Assembly (NCBI GenBank): GCA_018812345.1 | Contig: JAHJDR010000077.1 | Span: 1 to 34,562, forward strand | Reading direction: 5' to 3' | Length of the DNA stretch: 34,562 bases | DNA from: a bacterium | GTDB lineage: Bacteria > UBA10199 > JADGCS01 | Shown here: positions 17,646 to 26,883 of the stretch, piece after piece | Position numbering within the stretch: position 1 is the first letter of the stretch | Layout of the letters: each line of letters begins with the position of its first letter | Notes under the pieces: generated by a model | Told to the model about the DNA's origin: nothing | What the model saw: the letters and a program-made list of their open reading frames with translations, nothing else | Databases searched by the model: none | Made by a program: the position numbers and the translations under genes

Positions 17646-19112
17646 CTAAATATATTCCTCATACAACGTTCTATACGATACAATCATATCTCTAAAATTA
17701 TATGATGTTCGTGTTCGTTCCAGACCTGCTTTTGCCATTTTTTGATAGAGTTCTTCATCTGAAAGAATTTTAACGACAGCGTCAGCTGTTTTTTCAGGAG
17801 AATGGAACTCCGTGATAATACCACTTTCTCCGAGCATTCTATCATCAGCATCTTTTCCTTCAAGAAGCTCGCGACACGAGCCAACATCTGTTGCCACAAT
17901 GGGAATGCCACAAGCATTGCCTTCAAGAATAACCAATGGTTGGGCTTCACTGATGCTTGTTAATACGAGCAGATCAATATTTTTTAAATAGTTTCGGATG
18001 TCTACGTGGCCTGTAAAAATAACATGATTACTGAGACCCATGGTTTTAATGAGTAAGCTACACTCTTGATAATATTGTGATTCCTCGTCTTGGGGACCTA
18101 AAATGAGAATTCTAATATCCTCTATTCTTTGTGAAATAATTTTACAGGCTTTGATGAAGGTTTTAACATCTTTAATAGGCACAACGCGGCCAATAAAGGC
18201 TATCGTGTTTCTTTTCTTTTTTTCAGGACGACTATTGGCAATGTCTTCATACATTTTTACGTCAACGCCGTTGGGAATAATGGAAATTTTATGTGCTTCT
18301 GCACCGTCCTCAATTTCAGAGATCTTATTTCCGTTGTAGAGTGTGGTGATTTCATCAGCAAACATGTACGTGATTTTGCTCATGACCTCAAAGTAATGCA
18401 TCCACCAATCTTTAAAAAAACCAAACTCTGATATTGCTTTAATGTATTCTGTTTCTTTTTCGTAAAGCCAGCTTGCTTGCGCAATTTCTATGCGTCTTTC
18501 TTTAGTATAAATACCATGCTCTGTAGCGATCATATTGCTGTTGAACTTTATTTTAGCAAGACTCGCCATGATGCCAGCATATCCAGTAGAAATTGTATGA
18601 TAGAGAGGTGCTGGTGGAATTTCAGCTTTAATGAGTTGCATGATAGGCAGAAAAGTAAATCGATAATTCCAAAAGAAGTCGAGAAACGAAACGCTAGGAT
18701 CACCTTCTTCATAGAGTTTTCGTGTGGCTTTCCAAAAATCTCGTGAATAAAAGGAGTAAGTCATATTGAGCTTTTGTCGTTCTTTCAGGCGTTCTAAAAG
18801 GAATAGCTCAATGCTAGATTTGTCTTGGAGTTCTATGCCTTGAAGAAAGAGCCTAAAGAAATCGAAAATTTTAGGTGTTTTCTTGTAATGGCGTTCTTGA
18901 AAATGAAAATCGTGTAAATATATATGACAAATACTTTCTACATTAGTGGGAACATTATAACGTTCAATTTTTGTATCATTAGGTGTGGGCATAATGGAGA
19001 TAAGCGAAAACTTTATTTCAGGCATGGCTGTAATCAACTGATGAACCCACGTGGACACGCCACCACGGACATAGGGATATGTTCCTTCGAGCACGAGACA
19101 AACATCACTCAT
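17646..19112 (-). CDS. pelF: PelF-like GT4 glycosyltransferase
   Basis: 488 aa. The N-terminal DVCLVLEGTYPYVRGGVSTWVHQLI is the PelF-type N-domain hallmark. The C-terminal GT4 E-x7-E region is SEAQPLVILEGNACGIPIVATDVG. It has an ATGA overlap with the upstream gene. Confidence 0.85.
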   Translation of the reverse strand: MSDVCLVLEGTYPYVRGGVSTWVHQLITAMPEIKFSLISIMPTPNDTKIERYNVPTNVESICHIYLHDFHFQERHYKKTPKIFDFFRLFLQGIELQDKSSIELFLLERLKERQKLNMTYSFYSRDFWKATRKLYEEGDPSVSFLDFFWNYRFTFLPIMQLIKAEIPPAPLYHTISTGYAGIMASLAKIKFNSNMIATEHGIYTKERRIEIAQASWLYEKETEYIKAISEFGFFKDWWMHYFEVMSKITYMFADEITTLYNGNKISEIEDGAEAHKISIIPNGVDVKMYEDIANSRPEKKKRNTIAFIGRVVPIKDVKTFIKACKIISQRIEDIRILILGPQDEESQYYQECSLLIKTMGLSNHVIFTGHVDIRNYLKNIDLLVLTSISEAQPLVILEGNACGIPIVATDVGSCRELLEGKDADDRMLGESGIITEFHSPEKTADAVVKILSDEELYQKMAKAGLERTRTSYNFRDMIVSYRTLYEEYI

Positions 19113-21097
19113 AAAACCCCCTCTTCCACAAAAGATTTAGCCAGGCTCTTGGCAATTTCGCCAGACCTAAGCCCCTGGTTTTCCTCAGCAATTTTCACCA
19201 AATCATGAATGATGCTCAAGTCCTTAATAGGAATAAGCAGTTCAATAACTAAACTGCGGACACGATCATCATCAACACGCAAAAGGGCAATGAGTTGTTT
19301 TTGAAGTTGTTTCACGCGGGTCAGTGATGATTTCTTGAGTATGAGAGCCAAAACAGTTCTTTGCCATCCTAGTGATTGTGATGCCAATGTTGTTGTAAAT
19401 TGTTGTGCGACCTCAGTTTTTGTGAAGAATATACGGTACACGTTATCGGCAATGACTTTATGTTCGTTGGCATCTGTGATGTTTGTGTACTTCTCAAAAA
19501 GAATAAGACTTAAATTATGATAAAATGAAATATCTAATGTTATAGGGATGTACCTAATGATATCCTCTGTTTTGCTGAAATCACAATTCCTAATAAAATT
19601 AAAAAGAATATCAGAGTAGTGTTCACAATAATAAGAAAAATTATTTTGAATAACTTCGAGTTCTGAGGTTGTTTGAGATTTTTTATAACAGGAGATAAGA
19701 AAATAGAGTGTTTCTTGTGATGGGGCAAATTCAAGCACTTGTAGGGCAAGATAGCGAACATTAATATTGGTTTCTTTTTCTAGAATTCTCATGATTGTAT
19801 CCAAAAGCTCGTCTGGGGCGAGTCCGAGGCCACGACGTCTGATGAGATACTTTAGGATAATTTGTTTCTGTGTTGGTGAAAACGCTTCATGGCTGACCGT
19901 TTCAAGAATTTTCGATTTGTCATTAATGCGCCACATTTTTGTGAGTGCCATGGCTGCTGCATAAGCACTTGATAAGCCTTCTTTCAATAATAGGTACACA
20001 GTATCATTATCTTCTTGGCGCCACGTTTTACTTAAAGCTACGAGAGCATTGTAAGAACTGGAAGGATCTTTGAAAATAAACTGTGTAATGACCTCGAGAT
20101 CTTGATGATCAGCGATATGGCCAAGGGCTTGTAAACAGGCTTGTATAATGGTTTGATCCTTGCTTTTTAACAGCATTTTTCGGAGATATATTTTATGGGC
20201 ATCATCATCAGATCCAAATTTGCCCAGTCTGAATATTATTTCAGCTTTAATGTGTTTGTCTGAAGTGTTGCGTAACTTAAAAAGATCATCATGCTTAAGA
20301 ACGGATTGTAAGCGATCGAGAGATCGAGAGGCAATAAGCCTCGCTTTTTGATCTTTATCTTGTGTGATAATCTTGAGTAAAGGTTTAATGAGTTTGGCAC
20401 TGGGGATGAGACCAGATATTTTGATGAGTTCATAGCGTGTTTCGACATCCTCCTCTTTTCTTATAACCTTTAGGAAATGACGAACAGCTTTTTTTGGTCG
20501 TCTGAGAGATATTGCGTGCGCGGCCTCTAGTTTAATCTTTTTATCTTTACTGTACATGAGTTTGGTGAATGTTTTCCAGGGAACTTGATAAATCCATTGA
20601 GAAAGGACTTCCACAGCCTTTAGGATAAGAGTTGGGTCTTTGGCCTTAAGGGCTTTGCTAATTGTTTTGGCGCTAAAGGGATCATTGATGCGTCCAAAAG
20701 CTTTTATGATTTCTTGGCAAATTGGTTCGTCATCAATAGAAAATATTTCATTAAGGAAGGGTATGGCGAGTGGATCACCTAAGATTCCCAGAAGCTCAAT
20801 AGCTGTAACCAGGACGTTAGTGTCAGGACTTGCTAATTGATTGATGAAGAAATTTGCCTTCTCCGTTTTATGTGACCAGCTCAAAATACGTTTGATTTCA
20901 AATTTAATGGCTTTTTCTTCAATGAAGTAGATAAGGAAGATTTTAGCTAAGTCTAAATCAGCATATTGATCATTCAGAGATTGGCATTGGTATATTTTTT
21001 CTCCAATAGTGAGTTCGGAAAATTCTTTTTCAAAGGCGACCAGTTGTTCCAAAGATGATGTTTCCGAGAGGATAATATGTTTTATGTGTTTTTTCAT
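19109..21097 (-). CDS. Cytoplasmic HEAT/armadillo-like repeat protein with no canonical Pel counterpart
   Basis: 662 aa with no TM segment or signal peptide. It contains repeated HEAT-like modules, for example VTAIELLGILGDPLAIPFLNEIFSIDDEPICQEIIKAFGRINDP and KDPTLILKAVEVLSQ. There is an internal duplication, SSYNALVALSKTWRQEDN versus SAYAAAMALTKMWRINDK. The start abuts the pelE-like stop (TAAATG), and the stop overlaps the pelF start (ATGA). Confidence 0.7.
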   Translation of the reverse strand: MKKHIKHIILSETSSLEQLVAFEKEFSELTIGEKIYQCQSLNDQYADLDLAKIFLIYFIEEKAIKFEIKRILSWSHKTEKANFFINQLASPDTNVLVTAIELLGILGDPLAIPFLNEIFSIDDEPICQEIIKAFGRINDPFSAKTISKALKAKDPTLILKAVEVLSQWIYQVPWKTFTKLMYSKDKKIKLEAAHAISLRRPKKAVRHFLKVIRKEEDVETRYELIKISGLIPSAKLIKPLLKIITQDKDQKARLIASRSLDRLQSVLKHDDLFKLRNTSDKHIKAEIIFRLGKFGSDDDAHKIYLRKMLLKSKDQTIIQACLQALGHIADHQDLEVITQFIFKDPSSSYNALVALSKTWRQEDNDTVYLLLKEGLSSAYAAAMALTKMWRINDKSKILETVSHEAFSPTQKQIILKYLIRRRGLGLAPDELLDTIMRILEKETNINVRYLALQVLEFAPSQETLYFLISCYKKSQTTSELEVIQNNFSYYCEHYSDILFNFIRNCDFSKTEDIIRYIPITLDISFYHNLSLILFEKYTNITDANEHKVIADNVYRIFFTKTEVAQQFTTTLASQSLGWQRTVLALILKKSSLTRVKQLQKQLIALLRVDDDRVRSLVIELLIPIKDLSIIHDLVKIAEENQGLRSGEIAKSLAKSFVEEGVL

Positions 21098-22099
21098 TTA
21101 ATTTAGCCAGTATTTCATGATATTTTTATTCAGTCCTTTTAACCCTTTTTGTTCTGCAAGTGCTATAAGCTCTTTTAATTCAGTGTATTTTCTTTCTTCA
21201 AGAAGCAGAGCCCATTGAAGTTCATGATATTGGGGTACTTTGTCATTGTTTTGTATACAGCGATTGATGCATTCCTCGGCCTTCTCAAATTTTTTAAGAG
21301 AAAAATAGGTTTTAGCTCTTATGAAGGTGAGATCAGAGGTTTCCTGTATGTTATCAATTATTTTGATAATTTCCTCATAGTAATAAGATGCGGAGACTTT
21401 ATCGAGCAGGTTACTTGTGGCATAGGCCAGAAATACATTTACAAGTTCTTCCCCTAGTTTTTGGTCATGCGGATCTTGTTCAACTTTTAAGGTTAGCGTT
21501 TTGATCTGTCTGGCAAAATCATCTTCAATCTTCCCTAAAATCCCAGCGGCAAGTAAACGAATTTCAATTTCTTTATCCATGAGGGCCAGCATAAGACCAT
21601 TGATCGCTTTTCTGCTTTCAATGCCTCCTAAAAGCTTTACAGCACTTTTCTTTAAAGATGTTTCACTGCTTTTGAAAATATCAACAAAAGGAGCAATGTC
21701 AGCACGGTCCATGACCTCAATTTGACGTGATCGATTGAGAATCTGCTCATAAACTTTGGCATCAGGAACATTTATGACATCTTCCACTATGGGGGGTGGT
21801 CGCGAATCACTTAGCGCTTGAGCCATATAGATAATTATGGAACTGTAAATACCAAAGACAGGCATTGTGAGACATATCGTTGTGGCATAAACAAGCCATA
21901 AGTTGTGATTCTTTTTTCTGTATGCATGTTCATAGGTTAGAAAGAAAAAGCCCGTGATACAGACTAAAGAGCTTACGGCATGGTAATACAGGGCATCTTT
22001 CAGGGTCACAAAATTATTGTGAAAGAGGATGTCAATCACAGGGATCGTGAGCGCGATAGAAACAAGAAAGAGGAAATATGCTATTATTTTGCGTGCCAT
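21098..22099 (-). CDS. pelE: PelE-like inner-membrane scaffold protein (N-terminal TM helices plus a helical-repeat cytoplasmic domain)
   Basis: 333 aa; PelE is of similar size, about 330 aa as I recall. N-terminal hydrophobic helices include IIAYFLFLVSIALTIPVIDILF, VSSLVCITGFFFLTY and LWLVYATTICLTMPVFGIYSSIIIYM. A HEAT/TPR-like helical domain follows (SAVKLLGGIESRKAINGLMLALMDKEIEIRLLAAGILGKIED). The position directly after the pelD-like gene fits. The call rests on architecture and synteny only. Confidence 0.6.
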   Translation of the reverse strand: MARKIIAYFLFLVSIALTIPVIDILFHNNFVTLKDALYYHAVSSLVCITGFFFLTYEHAYRKKNHNLWLVYATTICLTMPVFGIYSSIIIYMAQALSDSRPPPIVEDVINVPDAKVYEQILNRSRQIEVMDRADIAPFVDIFKSSETSLKKSAVKLLGGIESRKAINGLMLALMDKEIEIRLLAAGILGKIEDDFARQIKTLTLKVEQDPHDQKLGEELVNVFLAYATSNLLDKVSASYYYEEIIKIIDNIQETSDLTFIRAKTYFSLKKFEKAEECINRCIQNNDKVPQYHELQWALLLEERKYTELKELIALAEQKGLKGLNKNIMKYWLN

Positions 22100-22100
22100 A

Positions 22101-23501
22101 CTAAAAACCTAATGCTGACAACATGTCATGGGGTCCTTCCATTGTATTTGGGTTATAGGGAACAACAATAACAGAGTCCTCAAATATTTGATTTGTTAGG
22201 ACTTGATCGAGTTTATATTCTTTTATTTTATCAATAATTTTAGTTTTAATACTTTCTGCTTGTGGGCCTGATGTGCACGAGAGCAATAGTGTAAAAGGTG
22301 TTTTGTCGTTGGGCGAATTTGCTAAGATATCAAACTCTCTGAGCTGGTAGTTAATGAGAGAAACAAGCGATGCTATGATGGCCTGCTTTTTATCATCTGG
22401 CAGTGTCATGAGTTTTGGCCAGTTAAAACCCACAAGAGAGAGAGGGAGCATATATAGTTTTGATCGCTTATATTCTTCTTCAAGGCGTGCTGATAAATAG
22501 TGATATTTATACAAGCCTTCTATGTCGCCTGTAATTTGCAGATCTTTAATATCTTGAAACGCATGAGCTGTATTCAGTGATGAGGCTGCTAAACCACAAA
22601 TAATACGAGCTGTTTGAATCGTTGAGTCCGTTAGTTTGATGAGAGGTATTTTCTCAATGCTGGCAACACCATATACTTTGTTATCCATGCCAATAAGAGG
22701 AATTGCCAAAACAGTATCTCCTAAAACATCTGTTTCTAATTGATCAGCTGTTTTCTTTTTAAACAGAATATCTTTGAGTGAATATACTTGTGCTTTTTTT
22801 GCCGCTAGACCAATCAGCCCCTTGCCTATGCGATAGCTTTCAGGTCGTTTATAGTAATCTTTCCAACCCATTGATTGATAAAGCTTAAGATCCTGGTCAG
22901 TGTTTGTGTAATAGGAGCATTCCTCTGCATGAAGATATTTTTGAAAACATTCTAAAAGACCAGTGTAGACAACGTTCGGATCACGTGAATTAAGTTTTTC
23001 AATAATGTCATTAAGTGTGGTGATTGTTTCTTGGGATGTGGCCACATCAACCGAGAGATCTTTATGGGCTTCTTTGATGATCTTGTTTTCTGTCATGAGG
23101 TTATTGTTCAGATTTTCCAGTTCCTCAACACGGGCTGTAAGAAAATCTTCTCTCAGAATAAAGGTGGTTTTAATTTCACCTATAAGAAAACCAATGAGAA
23201 AGAAGAGAAAAGGAAATCGTAAGATCCAAACATTGTCATAGAAATAATCTAGACCTTGCGTGATGAAAAGATATACAAGAAAGGTAAGAGCCGCAAGGAT
23301 GCTGGCTAATAAAGCGCCGCCGCGGCCGTAGCGAGCGGCTATACCAATGACGATAATCCAATACGGGTGAGGGGTGATGTCAACAAAGGCAGGATGCTCT
23401 GGAAAGAGAAAAACATTGAATAGAATGAGGCCTAACAATCCTACAAAGGTTTCAAAATAGAAAAATCGAGTGCGTTTTATTTTAACAAGTCGTTCGTACA
23501 T
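22101..23501 (-). CDS. pelD: PelD-like c-di-GMP receptor (4 TM, coiled coil, GAF, degenerate GGDEF)
   Basis: 466 aa. It has four N-terminal hydrophobic helices and a coiled coil (ARVEELENLNNNLMTENKIIKEAHKDL). A GAF-like segment reads IGKGLIGLAAKKAQVYSLKD...LAIPLIGMDNKVYGVASIE. The C-terminal domain opens like GGDEF (YLSARLEEEYKRSKLY) but lacks GG(D/E)EF, having SPNDK instead. It keeps an RxxD motif (REFD, aa 388-391). Confidence 0.75.
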   Translation of the reverse strand: MYERLVKIKRTRFFYFETFVGLLGLILFNVFLFPEHPAFVDITPHPYWIIVIGIAARYGRGGALLASILAALTFLVYLFITQGLDYFYDNVWILRFPFLFFLIGFLIGEIKTTFILREDFLTARVEELENLNNNLMTENKIIKEAHKDLSVDVATSQETITTLNDIIEKLNSRDPNVVYTGLLECFQKYLHAEECSYYTNTDQDLKLYQSMGWKDYYKRPESYRIGKGLIGLAAKKAQVYSLKDILFKKKTADQLETDVLGDTVLAIPLIGMDNKVYGVASIEKIPLIKLTDSTIQTARIICGLAASSLNTAHAFQDIKDLQITGDIEGLYKYHYLSARLEEEYKRSKLYMLPLSLVGFNWPKLMTLPDDKKQAIIASLVSLINYQLREFDILANSPNDKTPFTLLLSCTSGPQAESIKTKIIDKIKEYKLDQVLTNQIFEDSVIVVPYNPNTMEGPHDMLSALGF

Positions 23502-23505
23502 AAGT

Positions 23506-23883
23506 TTATGAGGTGATGATTTCTCTCACCTTTTCCAATAAGCGATAAGGTTCAAATGGTTTTGAAGCGATATAGGCTTTTAAGTTATTTAAAAAATCTA
23601 TTTCATCATTCACGAGTTGCCGACTGCTCAAAACCAATACAGGAAGTTTTTCTAATTTATCTTCTTTCCGAATAGCTTCTAAAAGCTGAAACCCATTGAG
23701 CTTTGGCATCATGAGATCAATGATGACCATGGCATAATCTTGGTTTAAGAGTTCTGCGACGGCTAGAGACGAGTCATCGAGGGTTTTGACCTCAAAACCA
23801 CCATTAGTGAGCAAAAACTCAATAACATAACTGATGTCTGGTTCATCATCAACATGAAGGATTTTTTTAACTATTTCTGACAT
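23506..23883 (-). CDS. Stand-alone CheY-like response-regulator receiver
   Basis: 125 aa with the receiver hallmarks intact: VDDE acidic pair, IIDLMMP phospho-acceptor Asp, VLSS, and SKPF Lys. There is no output domain. GAGGT lies 8 nt upstream. The gene sits 11 nt after the pelB-like stop and 4 nt before the pelD-like start. Confidence 0.88.
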   Translation of the reverse strand: MSEIVKKILHVDDEPDISYVIEFLLTNGGFEVKTLDDSSLAVAELLNQDYAMVIIDLMMPKLNGFQLLEAIRKEDKLEKLPVLVLSSRQLVNDEIDFLNNLKAYIASKPFEPYRLLEKVREIITS

Positions 23884-23894
23884 AATTACTACCT

Positions 23895-26789
23895 CTAAAA
23901 ACGATAAAGTGTTTGTACAAAAAATTCTTGGTATTGACCTGATGTCAATTGAAGGCTTTCATTAGCAAATCCGTAGTAGCCTAAAATCTCAAATTTCTTT
24001 GAGACAATGTATCTATTTGTGAAACTAAAACCATAAAGATCTAAACCAAAAATCGATAAATTTCTTAAATGATCATGGCCGACGTAAGCCCTGGCTTCTG
24101 TGCGCCATTTATCAGTCCAGTCATGATAAAGTTCAATAGAAAACTCATTGCGCGCAGATTCTTCAATAAGAGGGATGAGATGACTGTACTCATTAATCTC
24201 ATGAAACTTTTGGTAAGTAAAATCATAACCAAATCTTATTTCAGGCTTTCTGTTAACGATGAGATCAGCACTCAAACGGACAACGTCTTCACGGCCAAAA
24301 AGATCTCCCATATCTGTATCTGTTTTGTTTGAATCAACAGCATACCAATTGCTTGTGTACTGTGCGCTGACAAAAGCCTTGGTTGCTATGGCTTTTTCAT
24401 AGGTTATCTGAAAGCCACTTTTGTTCGTATCAAAGTAAACAACTGAAGCAGGAAGGGTGAGGCGTTCGGTAACAAATAGATCAACATTAAATCGACCAAG
24501 CTTTGGATGCTCCCAGTTGCCAATAAGGTGTCCTGATAGCGTGTACTGTGCATCGACGATTTTATGTGTCGCGATGGCAGTGAGATCAAAGAGGGGGTTA
24601 GGACGGAAATTAGCGGTTGTTTTAACGGTGTTAGCATAAATAGCAAAATCAGAATCAAAGTTTACTACGTTTGCTTTGTCGAGATTAAGGCCATATTCAA
24701 ATTCAAACCACCAGGCATTACTGAGAGGATGGTGATAGAGGAAATAGGGTTCAACACTATCATCATTTCCCATACGTACCCAACGCACACCCGCAGCCAG
24801 ATAAGGGTGTGTGAGCTTGAAAATATCATCATGTGTTTTTTGAAGCTCTGTATTCTCAGGGTAGTGATCGCGTAATTCTTCAAAAAGTGGCAGTGCTGAA
24901 AAATACTCTTTCATTGTGCTGTATAAATAGGCGAGCTCTGTTTTTACCGATAGATCAAGGGGGGTTTGTTTGAGTAATTTCTTGAGAATCTTTTCTGCCT
25001 TATAATATTCAAAGCGTAGATTGTGGATACGCGCCTTTGATTTGAGTAAGGCATAATTATCTGGGTATTCTTTTAAATAACGTTTAACAAGGCTATAGGC
25101 TTTTTCCGCTCTGTTTACATCAGCTAATGTGTCAATATAAGCTGTCATGAGTTCTATGCTTTTTGGATCTTTTTTGAGTAACGTCATAAAGAGCTGATCT
25201 GCCTTATCATGTTGATCTAGGAGTGTAAGTATGCGTGCTTTAGTTGTGAGGATTAAGAAGTCTGTTTCCTGATCAGAGATCAGGGTAAGGGCTTTATTGT
25301 AGTATGATTGTGAGATGGCTTTTCTGTTTTGTGATCTGTAGAGTTCTGCCAGACGATAGTGAGGGTAATAATCTTTTGGTCGTTTTGTGGCATAGATTTG
25401 CATGTATTTTTCAGCTTTTAGAGTACGGTTTTGTGTAAAGTAAATATCACCTAGATATTTTAAAATATCGGGATCTGAAGCATTATTTTCTTCAAGATAG
25501 GTGAAAACTTTTAGCGCTTTTTCAAGTTTGTTAATCCAGAAATATCGTTCTCCCAACATTTTCAACAAGGAATAATTTTTTGATTGCCAAGCTGTGCTGG
25601 CCAAAAGATCATTGGCTTTATCTTCCTTTCCGTCTCGATCATACATTTCAACCATCAGAAGAACATATTCTTGATTGTGCGGATATTTGTGAATCAGTTT
25701 TGTGAGTACATTATAAGCTGTATGATAGGCTTTAATATCAAGGAGCATCCATAAAAGTTTTTTATTGTTGTCTTCATTTTCTGGATCTTTTTTAAAACGC
25801 GCTAGGTAAATAGGAATGAGTTTATCTTTTACATTGTTCCATTCATATAGTTGAACAAGCGTTTGATAAAAATAATCGTTTTCATCTGTCGTTTTCACAT
25901 GTTTTTCGAGAAAAGCTATGGCCATCTTTTGTTGGTTTGTGCTGATCATCCACTCGACATACGATTTTTTGAGGTCACCTTTAGACGCATAAGTTTTCAC
26001 CCATTTTTCATACCAATTATTAGCTTCAATAAACTTTTTGTTATTGGTTTCAAAACCGATCAGTCTTTGCCAATGTTTTGGGTTGTCAGCATAGTGCGTG
26101 ATATTTTTTATGAGATATTTATGCGCTTTCTCTAGTTTATTTGAAAAACTAGCCAAGACAAGTAAACGATCTAGGGCAAATTCCTCTTCACTATTATTAT
26201 CAAGAATGTTTTCTAAGAGAGTCATTGTTGCCCAAAGGTCTCCTGTCTTTTCATGGAGGCTAATCAAGTCATTTGTGATTTGTTGATTCCCTTCGCTAGG
26301 ATCTGTGATCTTTTGCCAGTTAAGAATAGCAATGGCCTCTTTGTATTCTTGATCAAGCAAGTAAAAGGCATAGAGCTTATTTAAAATTTGTTTTCCAGCA
26401 TTGTCTTTAAAATAAATGTCTTTTTTGATTCTGTATTTGTACCATTTTCTGTAGATTTCTTTTTCTTTCTCTGGCTGTTCGGTCCAGGAATAAAAACGAG
26501 CGGCTTCGACAAAATAACTTTCTTTTTCTTTTTTGTTAATGAGCTTATCAAAGAATTGACCAGCCTTAATGTGATCACCAACATTTTCAAAACTTTTTGC
26601 TAGGTATTGAATAGCGCGATAGTTGTTTGGATTTTTTTCGTAAAGTTCTGAAAAGGCTTCAATGGCTTTGTCAGAATCTTTGCTTTGATAATACATCCAA
26701 CCCTTTCGCATTTTTGTTGGATGTAAAATGAGAGCTACAAAAAGTACAAGACAGGTAAAGAGGAGAAGTTGCCACCATTTAATTCCCAT
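23895..26789 (-). CDS. pelB: PelB-like protein (N-terminal anchor, long TPR array, C-terminal outer-membrane beta-barrel)
   Basis: 964 aa with an N-terminal hydrophobic anchor WWQLLLFTCLVLFVALIL. About 600 aa are TPR-like, with A/Y/L periodicity such as AIEAFSELYEKNPNNYRAIQYLAKSFENVGDHIKAGQFF. The C-terminal ~280 aa have alternating beta-strand character and end ...FFVQTLYRF, an aromatic OMP terminus. Confidence 0.78.
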   Translation of the reverse strand: MGIKWWQLLLFTCLVLFVALILHPTKMRKGWMYYQSKDSDKAIEAFSELYEKNPNNYRAIQYLAKSFENVGDHIKAGQFFDKLINKKEKESYFVEAARFYSWTEQPEKEKEIYRKWYKYRIKKDIYFKDNAGKQILNKLYAFYLLDQEYKEAIAILNWQKITDPSEGNQQITNDLISLHEKTGDLWATMTLLENILDNNSEEEFALDRLLVLASFSNKLEKAHKYLIKNITHYADNPKHWQRLIGFETNNKKFIEANNWYEKWVKTYASKGDLKKSYVEWMISTNQQKMAIAFLEKHVKTTDENDYFYQTLVQLYEWNNVKDKLIPIYLARFKKDPENEDNNKKLLWMLLDIKAYHTAYNVLTKLIHKYPHNQEYVLLMVEMYDRDGKEDKANDLLASTAWQSKNYSLLKMLGERYFWINKLEKALKVFTYLEENNASDPDILKYLGDIYFTQNRTLKAEKYMQIYATKRPKDYYPHYRLAELYRSQNRKAISQSYYNKALTLISDQETDFLILTTKARILTLLDQHDKADQLFMTLLKKDPKSIELMTAYIDTLADVNRAEKAYSLVKRYLKEYPDNYALLKSKARIHNLRFEYYKAEKILKKLLKQTPLDLSVKTELAYLYSTMKEYFSALPLFEELRDHYPENTELQKTHDDIFKLTHPYLAAGVRWVRMGNDDSVEPYFLYHHPLSNAWWFEFEYGLNLDKANVVNFDSDFAIYANTVKTTANFRPNPLFDLTAIATHKIVDAQYTLSGHLIGNWEHPKLGRFNVDLFVTERLTLPASVVYFDTNKSGFQITYEKAIATKAFVSAQYTSNWYAVDSNKTDTDMGDLFGREDVVRLSADLIVNRKPEIRFGYDFTYQKFHEINEYSHLIPLIEESARNEFSIELYHDWTDKWRTEARAYVGHDHLRNLSIFGLDLYGFSFTNRYIVSKKFEILGYYGFANESLQLTSGQYQEFFVQTLYRF

Positions 26790-26883
26790 AGATGCTAATA
26801 TATATTAATGTTACTTCAATGATGTGTGACGAAAGATGTTTTCTTAATCATGTTAATGAGATGTGGTAACTCAAGAAGCTTAC

